Shown: positions 26,429-38,148 of the stretch, piece by piece
Numbering within the stretch: the first letter of the stretch is position 1
How the letters are laid out: each line of letters begins with the position of its first letter
Source of the DNA: Eledone cirrhosa
Taxonomy: Eukaryota
Assembly: GCA_964016885.1 (NCBI GenBank)
Contig: OZ024750.1
Span: forward strand, 7,626,001 to 7,690,000
Direction: 5' to 3'
DNA: 64,000 nt
Position numbers and translations under genes: made by a program
The notes under the pieces: model-generated
Told to the model about the DNA's origin: nothing
Database searches by the model: none
What the model saw: only the letters and a program-made list of their open reading frames with translations

Positions 26429-27114
26429 CAAATATACTATGCATACATTCATGTATACATCGCTATTTCAGAGCAACAATCCCAATACCATACACAGACA
26501 ATATACGCATATATAATATATAAATATATATAATATATATATCAATGTGAATGCGCGTGGTTGAGTGGTAAGAGAATCGGATTCGCAATCGTGGAGATTT
26601 GAGTTCTATTCCGGGACCGGGCTATGAGTTATGTCCTTGAGCAAGACACTTTATTTCACGTTGCTCCTACCTGAAGTTGCGACCGATAGATAGTATTAGC
26701 AATTGGAAAGACCAACGGAAACATTGTTTCCTCGGTCCGATTTGACGAAAGTCGATCTACTGTCAATATATTTAATAGAATGTCAATAATTTTATAGAAT
26801 TATATAATGCTTTACGGTATTTGATTCAGCCCCCTCCGAGTTCAAATCCCGCCAAGGTCAACATTGCCTTTCATCCATTCAAGGCCGATAAAAAAATAAC
26901 AGTCAAGTACTGAGTTTGAATCTTCATCTATATCTCTTTTTTTAACTTCCATTTTCTCACTATCCTTTTCTGGAAGAAATCTGCTGTATTCAGACCCGGA
27001 AAGGAGATGGACTCCGTCAGGTTTTGAAACATGCCCCTAAAACGCCGTATGTCAATTCAGAGTCTCTATAACTCCACAAGGAGTTTCGGGTAAAAATAAA
27101 ATAAAAGATGTTCC

Positions 27115-27372
27115 ATGAAGCGCATGGCTTAGTGGTTAGAGCTTAGTGGTTAGAGCTTGCAATCGAAAGGTTGTGAGTTCAATTCTCGGACCGGGTGAAG
27201 TGTTTCCTTGAGCAAGACACTATTTCACGTTGCTCCAGTTTACTCCGCTGTAGAAATGAGATGATAGGACTGGGGTCACTGGGGTCCCTATCATTAAATC
27301 ACCCAAGACACTTCCAACGAGATATACCTTGAAGGCCAGCTAAACCTGCATAGGTGTGAGCTGTCACACACA
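27115..27372 (+). mobile_element. SINE family B (tRNA head, CCTTGAGCAAGACAC body, CA-rich tail)
   Basis: A-box TGGCTTAGTGG, B-box GAGTTCAATTC; body shared with the copies at 28670, 33883, 39898 and 49301. Confidence 0.88.
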
Positions 27373-27516
27373 TGTCAGCTTTATACATATCTATACTTAG
27401 ATAATCCATTAAACAAAAGAAAAAGAAAATTCGATAACGATTTATTACATCTAATGCCAGCTACATCCAGAAACGCTGGATGTAGCCTATGTCGATTATT
27501 AAAACAGAATACTTAC

Positions 27517-27711
27517 TAGTGGTCCATATTGCATCACTGACTGATAATCGTACTGTGCATAGTTATAAGAAGTAAGGAGGATATTAAAATTGGTTTTCCT
27601 TGAAGGTTTAATGTTTTCGTAATTCACAATGACATACTTATTTCTGTCTCGTCTAGCATGTTCGTGGTAGAAGCCAATGGCATGACAGAGCTCATGGATG
27701 ACGACTCCAAT
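27517..27711 (-). CDS. Astacin gene exon 7: zinc-binding motif and Met-turn
   Basis: IGVVIHELCHAIGFYHEHARRDRNKYV..YDYQSVMQYGPL; 195 nt, phase 0/0, GTAAGT donor. Confidence 0.97.
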
Positions 27712-27819
27712 CTATTTAAAATATTAATTTGTAAAGCATATATCGAAGTACCCAATTTAAGATTAAACGAATTACTTGAATGATAAGATGTCAAAATAGT
27801 CAAGTGAATATACTATATA

Positions 27820-27980
27820 ATTGTTTCTACTATTGGCACAAGGCCAGCAATTATCTCAGTGCATTACTGGTACTTTATTTTATCGACCCCGTAAGGATGA
27901 AAGGCAAAGTTAACCTCGGCTGGATTGAACTCAGACTATAAAGGGCCGTAAATCTTTGCTGCAGAGCATGGCGTCCGACC
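27820..27980 (-). mobile_element. SINE family A
   Basis: Matches the family A body and tail. Confidence 0.86.
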
Positions 27981-28252
27981 AATCCAGTATGATATATGAT
28001 ACCAGCTAAAACCTACAGTATATATCGTGCTAGGTTTCCGAGTAGAAATTTCTATATTGTCATTTTAGGTAGCCATAGGGATAGAACAAAATCCTACCCA
28101 TTAAATATGGAACCAAGATTTGAAATTAAATTAAGTTACAAATTGAAGTTTTGAGAAAATTCTTGGCAAGGAGGATAATCATTTGCCTTAGACATTCTAC
28201 ACAAAGTGAAATATCCATAGTGTACCAATTTAGAAAAAAAACTGATGCTTAC

Positions 28253-28325
28253 CTTAAGACAAGATTTTTCTTCTAGTGAAAAGAGGTGATGCCGGTATTG
28301 ACGATAACCAACATATGTTCCACAG
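28253..28325 (-). CDS. Astacin gene exon 6 (catalytic domain)
   Basis: CGTYVGYRQYRHHLFSLEEKSCLK, matching GCxSxVG..SL..C; GTAAGC donor. Confidence 0.9.
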
Positions 28326-28669
28326 CTGAAAGATTTTAAAACAATTCAATTGTTTTGAGGTTTATTCTATCTAAAATATGTACGGAATCTAATATACTGA
28401 AATCAAAATATTAGCTAAATGTTAAAATGATTTGAAACTAAACTACGACAATTACATCAAATGAAACTGAAATACGTAAAGTTTCGGTCTTCAAATTTGA
28501 AATCTTTTACATCAGAATGGTACCGAATATTTTAACTAATTTTCAGATTCATCTTCTGCAGGTCGTAGATTATAAGCTAATTATATATTCATCTGAAGTT
28601 TAACTCGACAGCTTCTACAAAATCTTAGAAATCTACTTTAAACTTAGTAATACATTTGTTGTAGTTATA

Positions 28670-28881
28670 CAGCTCGCACCTATGCAGGTTTATTTGGCCT
28701 CCTCCGAGGTACATCTCGTTCGAGGTGTCTTGGGTAATTTAATGATAGGTACCCCAGTCCTATCATCTCATTTCTACAGCTGAGTAAACTGGAGCAATGT
28801 GAAATAAAGTGTCTTGCTCAAGGAAACATCACCCGGTCCGAGAATTGAACTCAATCTTTCCACTAAGCCATGCGCCTTCAC
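28670..28881 (-). mobile_element. SINE family B
   Basis: Reverse complement of the 27115 copy with small deletions. Confidence 0.86.
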
Positions 28882-29294
28882 ATTTTAGCCTAAAATACAT
28901 TTTAGGTTGATGAAAAAGATCTTGCTAGTTAGGGAGACACTACTGATCAACAAATGGCATTTGAAACTCAGAGGATGTTTTACACTCTTCCAGAAGTCTG
29001 CAAATGTAAACAACAGATCAGTAGGTTTTGAAAACACTGGCAGCGCAATGTACAGGTAGCTATGAAATAAAATGTATTGTTCTAGATATATTCTAGTTTA
29101 TAAAATAACGTATGGAAACGGTGATCCAAAGACATTTTAAAATGCATTAGGTTTTTTTTATTTTAGCAGTTTGCATCATATTTATGCTACTAATTGGGTG
29201 AGATTATTTCTCTCAATGTATTTAATTTGAACAAACTAATTTATTGCTCACATTTAGCTATCACAAGAGAAAGTAACCAAGTACAAATAATTAC

Positions 29295-29433
29295 CCGGAA
29301 CCTTTTCCAATGTCTAAGTAATCGGAACCCAATTCTTTAACCTTTTCTTTTGTCCACATCGGAAAATGTAGACAGCTGTTGTTTTCCATAATCCGTATTG
29401 CTGTCTTTATAATAGAGAAGGAAGCTGGGGAAT
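29295..29433 (-). CDS. Astacin gene exon 5 (catalytic domain)
   Basis: DSPASFSIIKTAIRIMENNSCLHFPMW..DYLDIGKGSG, matching the astacin I..A...E..SCLxF pattern; phase 1/2. Confidence 0.9.
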
Positions 29434-30743
29434 CTGGAATTTAAAGATTAAAATATGAAAAATACAACTTTCTTAGATCGTTAGGTTATCGAGCATGTAC
29501 CATCGTAATATGTAATTAGAATTTTTATTACACAACAAAAGTTTAATAGCAAAAGTCTATGCATGGGAATGTGAATTTTAAAGCTTGTAATTTTCGTTTC
29601 AGTTCGTTGCTTATACTTCAGAAGAATATGATTAACTTATGACAACTATTATATGGGAGTCAACCAAAAAGCGAGATCTATAGTATGAGCGTTTCATAGG
29701 TTGTTTTAAGTTATGCAGTCATAGAATACAACTAGTGGAATTGAAACATCAACAGTATACACATCAGAACCAAGTCAAATTTAGTACACATGCAGTTAAC
29801 TAGAAATAAATATTCAAAGTTTTCATTTCGAAATTCTAATATATAAAGAAAACACTGAAATAGTCAGGTTTCATATTGAAATTATTTCAATAAATATTCC
29901 AAAGCTAGTTTAGCACCACGATAAATATCTTGAAAGAAAACCAGTCATAAATTCACATAAAACGTTATGTGAAGTATGGTTTTGTACTTCAAACAAAGTT
30001 ACTTTTAATGCGATTAATGTCTAACAGGAAAATAGCAACGATCCATATTACCGTTTACTTCCTCTACACCTGAATTGTATTTAATTAAGAGAAATCAAAC
30101 AAATATTTCAATTTGTAACATTCTTTGAAAAATTTTGAAAACTTAAAAAACAAGATGTAGTCAACTTAAACAGCCAAATCTTACTGAAACTGCAAACTAC
30201 GACTGTGCTGGGTACACTGTACGAACCCCCAAAGTGGGGTGTCTGTTAGATGGTCCAACACAATTGTGTTTTCCTGGAGACAAATATTTTAAGCAGAAGT
30301 TTCAATATATTTCAAATGAAACTCAAGCTGTAATGTAAGTGTCTCATCTTACAATTGCTCTAGAAAAAGGCGTTAACATTTCATCGCCTTCTATCGTTCG
30401 ATTCACTAATTAGGTTATCATTTTACGAGATCCAGTCACTAAATTACGGTCATGTAAAAAGACCGCAGATCTTTCAAGTCTGGTACTTTAGTGATCTAGT
30501 TTTGTGGAAACGCTAAGTTGCATGTGTACCCCCCCCCATACACACGCACAAACGACAGGCTTTGCATCGTTGTAACCCATCAAACTGCACTCTGAAGGAA
30601 TTGGTTAACGTGAGGATACAAATGGTTACAAAGATCAAACAGTTACACCAGGCCTTCATAGATATTTAAACACGACTATAATATTCAAATGATATTTAAA
30701 ATGCTTATGAAAAGCTTTGTATGAAAATGTCTTAGCAACTTAC

Positions 30744-30840
30744 CGAACTTTCTATCCCCCATATCAAACTTCCATGGTATAGTTTTATTGTTCCAGCGCT
30801 TATATCCATACGCAGCTTTTCGTTTGGAATACAAACTTGA
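30744..30840 (-). CDS. Astacin gene exon 4 (activation site and start of mature domain)
   Basis: SSLYSKRKAAYGYKRWNNKTIPWKFDMGDRKF; basic KRK site followed by an RW..xIP motif; GTAAGT donor. Confidence 0.9.
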
Positions 30841-31751
30841 CTAAAACAAAAGCGAAGTCTCAATTTATCAGTTGAATACAAGCCGTTACGTTATGTCAAC
30901 TGAAATTAGTTAATTACCATGTTTTCAAAACATCCTTCAAACTGACCTGCAGCTCTGATCCGTCTACAAGATTTTTTACTTAAAATTGTGTACTAACTGC
31001 TATTATACATAAGCACCCACTAATGAAAAATATGTATAGTATATTAAGTTGATATCTTTAACGAATCCAAGTGTATGCAACTGTAACGCGTGTCTCATCT
31101 ATCTCAAAATCAAAGATATTTAAAATATACTTTTGAATGAATTAGATAAAATAACATTCAAATGAATGTGTGCAAGCGTCTTATCCAATGAATTCTGGTA
31201 AACCTTCGTATAAATGGTATAGCTACCAGTCTGATCCGTTCAGGGAGACTAAAAAAGGTACCAGTCGATTCTTCATCCATATCTTTCTCACTTCCGCTCT
31301 CAATTTCTATCCTTCTCTTGAAGAAATATGTATTCAGGCCTGGAAAAGGAGATGGAGTAGGCCAAGCTTAAAATGCCCTAGAAACGCCGTATGTCACGGT
31401 TCCCTTACGGCTGTATCAAGAGTTACAGGACCATGCATGCCTGCAAATACGTTTGGAAAGAGTAATAAAACTAAAACTAAAAACTTACGAATAAGACTTA
31501 GTTCTGAGATGTATATAAGATATATCTTAACTTTGGGATTCTCGCCAACGGAAGTTCCGTTAGAAGAATTGTTTGCGGACTGGTATAACGACTGTCTTTG
31601 AATTCCCGTTAGTTTAACTAGTGAAGAAACACTTGCTTACAACATCAATCACAACCACAAAGTCTCAACACTAAGTACTTATATTACATTTTTATCTAAA
31701 CATCAGTACCAAAGAGTTCTTAAAATTGTATTCAAACAGTTCAATACTCAC

Positions 31752-31835
31752 ACTTTCATCAATAAAGATATCACCTTCGATTACGTTTGTACCATTGGAT
31801 TTATATTCCTCGGCGCCAGAATTGCTTGGTTCCCA
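31752..31835 (-). CDS. Astacin gene exon 3 (prodomain, EGDI aspartate-switch motif)
   Basis: WEPSNSGAEEYKSNGTNVIEGDIFIDES; TTTTTAG acceptor, GTGAGT donor, phase 0/0. Confidence 0.88.
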
Positions 31836-32082
31836 CTAAAAACAAAAGTTGAAATTATCCAGATATGCGTGCACACACACACACACACGCGTACAATATA
31901 CGAGATATCGAAGCGATGATTGACTTGAAATTTGAAAATAGTATAGCAATCGCAGAAAAATAGTCGGACGCTATATATTATAACCGAGAATATCGGGTAA
32001 AATACCCCTATGTGGCTACTGACCCCCTTTCACCGTCCCTAGGGTTATTTTAGCCCATTTTCTAAGCTATTATTTATGGCAT

Positions 32083-32401
32083 ACCGAGTTCAAATCCCGC
32101 CGAGGTTGACTTTGCCTTTCATCCTTACGGGGTCGATAAAATAAAGTACCAGTAATGAACTGGGTTATTGCTGGCCTTGTGCCTAAAGTAGAAACAATTA
32201 TTTATAGCATATGGTGGTGGATTTGCAGTATCGGTAGAGGATCGGACGTCATGCTTTGCGGCATAGAGTTACGTCCCTTTACAGTCTGAGCTCAAATCCC
32301 GCCGAGGTTAACTTTGCCTTTTATCCTTACGGGGGTCGATAAAATAAATTACCAGTAATACACTGAGATAATTGCTGGCCTTGTGCCAAAAATAGAAACA
32401 A
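32083..32401 (+). mobile_element. Two tandem family A SINEs (5'-truncated plus full-length) sharing one target sequence
   Basis: ATTATTTAT(G/A)GCAT occurs before, between and after the two copies. Confidence 0.87.
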
Positions 32402-33882
32402 TTATTTATAGCATTTAACTGTTACAATTGAGACACTCCCAACAACGCAAGAAGCCACGAACATAGTAAGAGAAATCTAGTGAGCAACTGTCTTTGGAAT
32501 CAAAACTATGTAGAAATTTACTGAGTGTCCGTGACGACCTGTTCGTTCTGTGAAAAACAAGAGTCCAATAGTTTGAAGGAAATGGTCAGCAGGTGACCAT
32601 GTTATTTGTAAATTAGAAATAATGAAGCAATTTACTGGTGATGAGAATGGGGTTGAGGTTTCTCTCTAGATAAGACCACGTATATTAATATACGTTTTAT
32701 ACATAAGTATATGTGAAGTTAAATTACTGTGGATATGTCAGTTTAAAACTATGGATATCATATCTCCCTAACAACGTATATTACTCCGTAATTCAAAAAA
32801 AATTTCTACAAAAATTCACTAACATTGTAAAATTGTTTTTAACGTAGACATATCTTATGTAGAATATGAAACATTTATCTATGTGAACTGTAGGTTTGAA
32901 ATATTCAAGGATTAAATACAATTGAAACATTAAATCACCAAGTCTTATTTGACTAAGAGTAGACAAAGAGAAATGATTTAGCGAACTTAGTTTTAAATAT
33001 TAGACTTGCAATAGTTTTGATTTCTAAGATTCAGGGTCACATTAAAAAGTAGAATATTAAGTTGTATAATTATTTGGGTCTTCAAATAAAATGTTTCTTT
33101 GAACTGACAGCTGCTAGACACGGATACGATTGTCAAGGAATATTTAGCCTCATATTCTACATTAATTCAAACATTAACCAAGTCTAAATTCTCAAAGTGG
33201 TGCAAGCCGCAAACATTCACATTTAAAATCTCAAAAACTCATAGGAACCGCAGCCAAATGATTCTATGGCATCTCAACCTACCGTATTAACCGAAGAGGA
33301 AGGATGTGTGCAATAACATTTAAATCCCATGTAGCACAGTAGCGGTAAATCTCCATTCAGTAAATAGACCATTGGATAATTAAATCGTTCCATTTGCTAA
33401 TAATGCTGATTAAATCTCATGAGTAGAGCTTCGAGAACAGAAGCTTCTAGATCGATATGCTTCATGGAATAATGGATTCGAATAAAAGGATCTGATGCAT
33501 CCCTGAAAAACCTGTGTATGATGAAATCTAGATCAGAAATTATCAAACAAGGATTATAAAATGAATATGTAAAATACGAATTCAGAATTCTATTACGTTT
33601 TACAAATGGTATTATAGATAATGTAGTATATTAATTGTGTATTAAGGAAGTTGCAACTAATATTAGAAAGATCATAGGTGGTGAATTAGCAGAGTTATTA
33701 GAGTGCTGGAGATAATAGGTCAAATCCCACAAATGTCAAATTTGCCTTTCAAATATATCGGGATTTGATAAATACTAATCCATAGAGATTGATGGACGGA
33801 AATATTACAAGATAGGTCGAGATGCTGGGTGGTATTTGTTTCGGCCCTTTAACCTCAGCGTTTGGGTGGTTCACATACCGCG

Positions 33883-34122
33883 TGTGAGAGCTCACACCTA
33901 TGCAGGTTTAGTTGGCCTCCAAGGTATATCTCGTTCGAGATGTCTTGGGTGATTTAATGATACAGACCCTAGTCCCTATCATCTCATTTCTACAGCTGAG
34001 TAAACTGGAGCAATGTGAAATAAAGTGTCTTGCTCAAGGAAACACCACCCGGTCTAAGAATTGAACTCACAACCTTTCGATTGCAAGACCAATGCTCTAA
34101 CCACTAAGCCATGCGCCTTCAC
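33883..34122 (-). mobile_element. SINE family B, full length
   Basis: Complete head, body and tail. Confidence 0.88.
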
Positions 34123-34718
34123 ATACATGGGGTTCACATACTACATCAATTTATTTGCAAATATATGATCCTTATGGAGGTACCTGGCCTAGTGGTACGG
34201 GTGTTGAACTTACAATCATAATGTCGTGGGTTCGATTTCCTGGGCTAGTTTGTGAGATGTATAATCCGCTGAAATAAGTAATAGCTGGGGGTTTAACCCT
34301 GCGATGAACTAGCTTCTTTTCCAGGAGGAATGATGTGCATAGTTTCGACCCTACTAGTGTATGACATTTACGTAGTACAATACCTGACGAAAATGCCATA
34401 CATTTAATTTTTACGAAAGGTTTGTTTTCAGCGGCGTTCAAAACTGTCATGGCGGGTGACTAGGGAGTTTTGTATTTATTACGTTTATATATATATATAT
34501 ATATATAAAATAATGACCAAATACCAACCGCTGTTTAGTGTAGGATGTGATAAATGAGCATTGCTGCGTTAAAAAGCTAAAATTATATGCTTCGAATACA
34601 CAGAAGTGACTTAATTGTTTCTTTAATCCTCTACATTTCTTACGAAACCAAATAAGAATGGAATTAAAATCTCATGAAAAAAATAAAAAAAATAAAGCGA
34701 AAGTAAAACTAATCTCAC

Positions 34719-34784
34719 TCTGTATTCAGTTTGGTTATTCACGAATATAAAGCTGGTCTTTTCCTGCTTCAATTCTGTAGAATT
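34719..34784 (-). CDS. Astacin gene exon 2 (prodomain) NSTELKQEKTSFIFVNNQTEYR
   Basis: CTTATAG acceptor, GTGAGA donor, 66 nt, open in phase 0/0; no diagnostic motif. Confidence 0.55.
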
Positions 34785-34950
34785 CTATAAGCAGAATATT
34801 AAAACAGTGGAGAATATACAAATATGTCGCTGGAAAGTATTAATTTGTTCATAATAGTTATACGACAATCTTCGAAAAGGTTAAACAATTTCTGGATGAA
34901 AATAATGAGTAACAATTTAGAATTTGAAATGTTCGCCAATAAAATCATCT

Positions 34951-34984
<34 letters not shown>

Positions 34985-35263
34985 AAAAAGTTCTTAAGTG
35001 AAAATAGAGGAAAAAAAAACAAAACAAACAAACCCGCATTACATTTAACACAAATAAATCAAGCGATCTAATTGGATCGAAAGCAAGTGATTATTTCTAT
35101 ACTCTGAATAACTTTCATTCTTCCAAATTACACAACCACAAGGAGGTTTCACCTTTCGTGCAGTATGTCGCAACCAAAATTAAACACCAATTAATTTATA
35201 TTATGTAAAAAGCAAAAGCCCCACCTACAAATAAAAAAAAATAAATAAAACCGATGGCAAATA

Positions 35264-35307
35264 CTGAGATTTATTTCACGTTCAATTGAACGTGAAATAA
35301 ATCTCAG
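35264..35307. repeat. Perfect 44-bp palindrome
   Basis: CTGAGATTTATTTCACGTTCAA|TTGAACGTGAAATAAATCTCAG. Confidence 0.95.
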
Positions 35308-36270
35308 AGGGATATTAAAAGTAACATTTGTAGTGGAGTGTATAAAAACAGCTTCCGGATAACAGCGAAATAAGTGAATTTGAAAGATCTAATTTTCTCA
35401 ATTTAATAGAGAAAAGCAACACACTACCAACATATCTAGTTGTGGAAAACTATTCTCGCTTTCGTAAAAGGAATATGAATATACGTATAAATATTAATTT
35501 GTGGATTTGATAAGCATCCATGTCACCAAAACTACTTCGACTGAAAGTTGAAGATTTTCAATGCGGATATTTAGAAAATGATATTCATTAAATAGAAGCG
35601 TCCTGGGTATATATTTCATGTTCGAAACACCTGGATTATTCCAATGGAATGTCGTGCTACTCTTTGGATTTTCTACCTGCTGGCTGAAGGATATATTGGG
35701 AACAAATAATACATAAAACTCAGATAAGTTGACCAGTTAAATATGTCTAAACAAAATTAAAAAAAGAAACATGAAAGTAAACAAACACGCCCATAAAACC
35801 ACCACCATTGGGTATTTGATTCCAATTGTATATCAACCCTACCCTTAATCTATAATTTTACTCACCTTACACGAGCTCATACTTCCCCCTCCCATCCTCA
35901 ACCGAATGTTAACCCTCGAGAATAACATCGTTCATTCTTTTGCTAGAAAAATGTTCAAACTCAATCAATCACCAGTGTAGAAGGATTTGCTAAAGTTACA
36001 AATACAGTTTCTTTCGTCTGACTAAATAAAGAGACATATACTTATCTAAATGTGTACTTAAGCTAATTAACCGGTTTTAAACAGCTTATTTGAAACGGAT
36101 TAATAGTGTTGTCTCTTTCGTAGCTTATATTTAGGGGCCAAATTTTAGCAGAAGTATTTCTTAGGCCACACATTTAGGAAGGCAGTAAATATGCGAGGCT
36201 CAAACCTAAAACAAAACCTTAGCAATGTACGTGAAAGTCTTTGACCAGCAATAGTTTAGTATCAATATTG

Positions 36271-36667
36271 GTTTTTGATTAAATCTACCCTAGTGTATTA
36301 CTGCTACATTGCCTTTCATCCTTACGGGGCTGACAAAGTTAAACTCGGCAGGATTTGAACTCGGATCGTAAAGGGGCGTAACCCTATACCATGTTGCCCG
36401 ACGCTCCACCGATAGTGCTAATCCACCGACCTTCGTTTAGTATCAATATTGAGAGCGTGGTGGATTGGCAGTATCGGTAGAGAGTGGGACGCTATGCTTT
36501 GCAACAGAGCTACAGCCTTTTATGATCCGAGTTCAAATCCCGCCGAAGTTAACTTTGCCTTTCATCCTTATGAGGTCGATAAAATAAAGTACCAGTCAGG
36601 CACTGGGGTCGTTTTAATTGACTTTCCCCTCCCCCAAAATTGCTGGCCTTGTGCCTATACAAGAAAC
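36271..36667. mobile_element. Head-to-head pair of family A SINEs (minus 36271-36434, plus 36456-36667)
   Basis: Both carry A/B boxes; flanking direct repeats GTTTAGTATCAATATTG and CAATATTGAGAG overlap between them. Confidence 0.85.
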
Positions 36668-37212
36668 CAATATTGAGAGATCCTAATGTATATTCTATTA
36701 GCGCTGAATTTCGTTTTACGAGATCGGACGATACTTAATAGAATGCATGTTCGGGAACGATATTGAAAATTTGATATTTGTGAGAGAAAAGGATTTCAAT
36801 AAGCAGTGTAAGCATTATAATTGTCAACGTATTGATTAGAAGGATTTATTATATGCAGCTGTTCAGTCAATTAACTTTAACATTGTAAAGATAATCCAAA
36901 ATTGAAATTAATCTTGAAATAAAAGATATGCCTTTGAATATCACCGACAAAAAAAAAAAAAAAAAAAAAAAAGCAACTAAATTTTGTCCTTAATTGAAAT
37001 GCTATCTATAAATATCTTATAATTATAAATTTTAATAACGAAGAAGATACAAATTTTATAAACAGCATCGTGTATACATAATTATATAAGCTGTAAACTT
37101 TAGAATAAAGCGAACTAAAAAGACAACAATGGTAGTTCGAACAATAAAAAGAATACGTTACATGATAAAGAATGATATACATGTGTTTAGGAAGATGGAA
37201 AATAATACTGAC

Positions 37213-37299
37213 ATTCAAAACGCCTTGGCCGTTATTTGCTTCTGCTGGAATAATAAAATTGTAGAATAACAGCCCAATACATATCCTTAACGACTGCAT
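37213..37299 (-). CDS. Astacin gene exon 1: signal peptide MQSLRICIGLLFYNFIIPAEANNGQGVLN
   Basis: ATG at 37299, hydrophobic core and AEA cleavage-like site, GTCAGT donor, 87 nt, phase 0. Confidence 0.72.
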
Positions 37300-37794
37300 T
37301 CTGAATACTAGCAGCTTCGATAATGATTGCTTTCGCCAAAATATCTCCTCATCCTACTGTGGCTGAAGTTGCTCGTTTTATACTATTTTTACTGATACTA
37401 CTACTAACATTAAAACTGTTTCAATTCCCCTTTCATTATATTTTTAGTTGTTCTTTGCTTCTTTTCTTCAATTTAGCCCACCTTTACTTGCTTATGATTT
37501 TCCTGTTTTTTTTCCTTCTTCACCTCTCTTCTCTATTGTTTTCCCCCACTCTTCTCTTTCGTCGTGCTGCGGCTGCCCGACTGACTCCGGAAATGTTCAA
37601 ATGTCTATTTCCGGTGATATGCTACACTCAATTGTAAACTGTGAAGTGTAACTCTCAACATCTTTGTTCCACATTCCAAGATGTTGCTCAGGTCTGTATA
37701 AAATATTTGTTTTACACTCCCAATTTCATTGAAAAGTATTTTCCATGTCACCGTTTCAACTTTGCTTCTTATATTGTATTTATTTTCTTACCAC

Positions 37795-38148
37795 TTCCAC
37801 AAGGCCAGTAATTTGGGGGAAGGGGAAAGTCGATTAAATCGACCCCAGTGCATTACTGGTACTTTATTTTATCGACCTCGTAAGGATGAAAGGCAAAGTT
37901 AACCTCGGCGAGATTTGAACTCGGATCATAAATGGCCGTAACTCTATGCTGCAGAGCATGGTGTCCGACTCTACCGATACTGCCAAGAAATAATTGTTTC
38001 TATCTACTTTTGGCACAAGGCCAGTATCCCAGTGCATTACTGGTACTTTATTTTATCGACCCCGTAAGGATGAAAGGCAAAATTAACCTCGGCGTGATTT
38101 CAACTCGGAATGGCAAGGGCCGTAACTCTGAGTCAAAACATGGCGCCC
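37795..38148 (-). mobile_element. Tandem family A SINE dimer
   Basis: Long-tail copy adjacent to a short-tail copy. Confidence 0.85.

Larger units (their letters stand above)
10588..37299 (-). other. Multi-exon gene span: secreted astacin-family (M12A) metalloprotease, SP-pro-astacin-EGF-CUB-MAMx3 (BP10/SpAN- and meprin-like modules), ~925 aa
   Basis: 22 exons joined manually at GT..AG sites give one uninterrupted frame (2778 nt including TAG). It contains the astacin zinc motif HExxHxxGFxHExxRxDR, Met-turn SVMQY, GQRAGLSFYD..NLFYEC, an EGF Cys pattern, CUB (CGG..CIWLI..WLEIR..FCG) and three MAM repeats (CTFE/CKFE/CNYE; IALDDISI..GLC). Confidence 0.92.

Noticed and set aside
27115-27195. tRNA gene (GCA anticodon-like loop) at the head of family B repeats
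   Set aside because: The acceptor stem does not close and the head runs into a shared SINE body, so it is a SINE rather than a tRNA gene.
27524-27540. Met-turn SVMQY instead of SxMHY as a sign of an inactive protease
   Set aside because: Met and Tyr are retained and Gln at this position occurs in other astacins; all zinc ligands and the catalytic Glu are intact.
31170-31601. 143-aa plus-strand ORF inside an astacin intron
   Set aside because: It has a GTG start, no recognisable domain, and overlaps a dispersed repeat also seen at ~26930-27090.
36449-36676. ORFs ending in VNFAFHPY.VDKIKYQ or FIDPVRMKGKVNLG (also 4934, 37932, 56555)
   Set aside because: They are recurrent translations of SINE family A, not a protein family.
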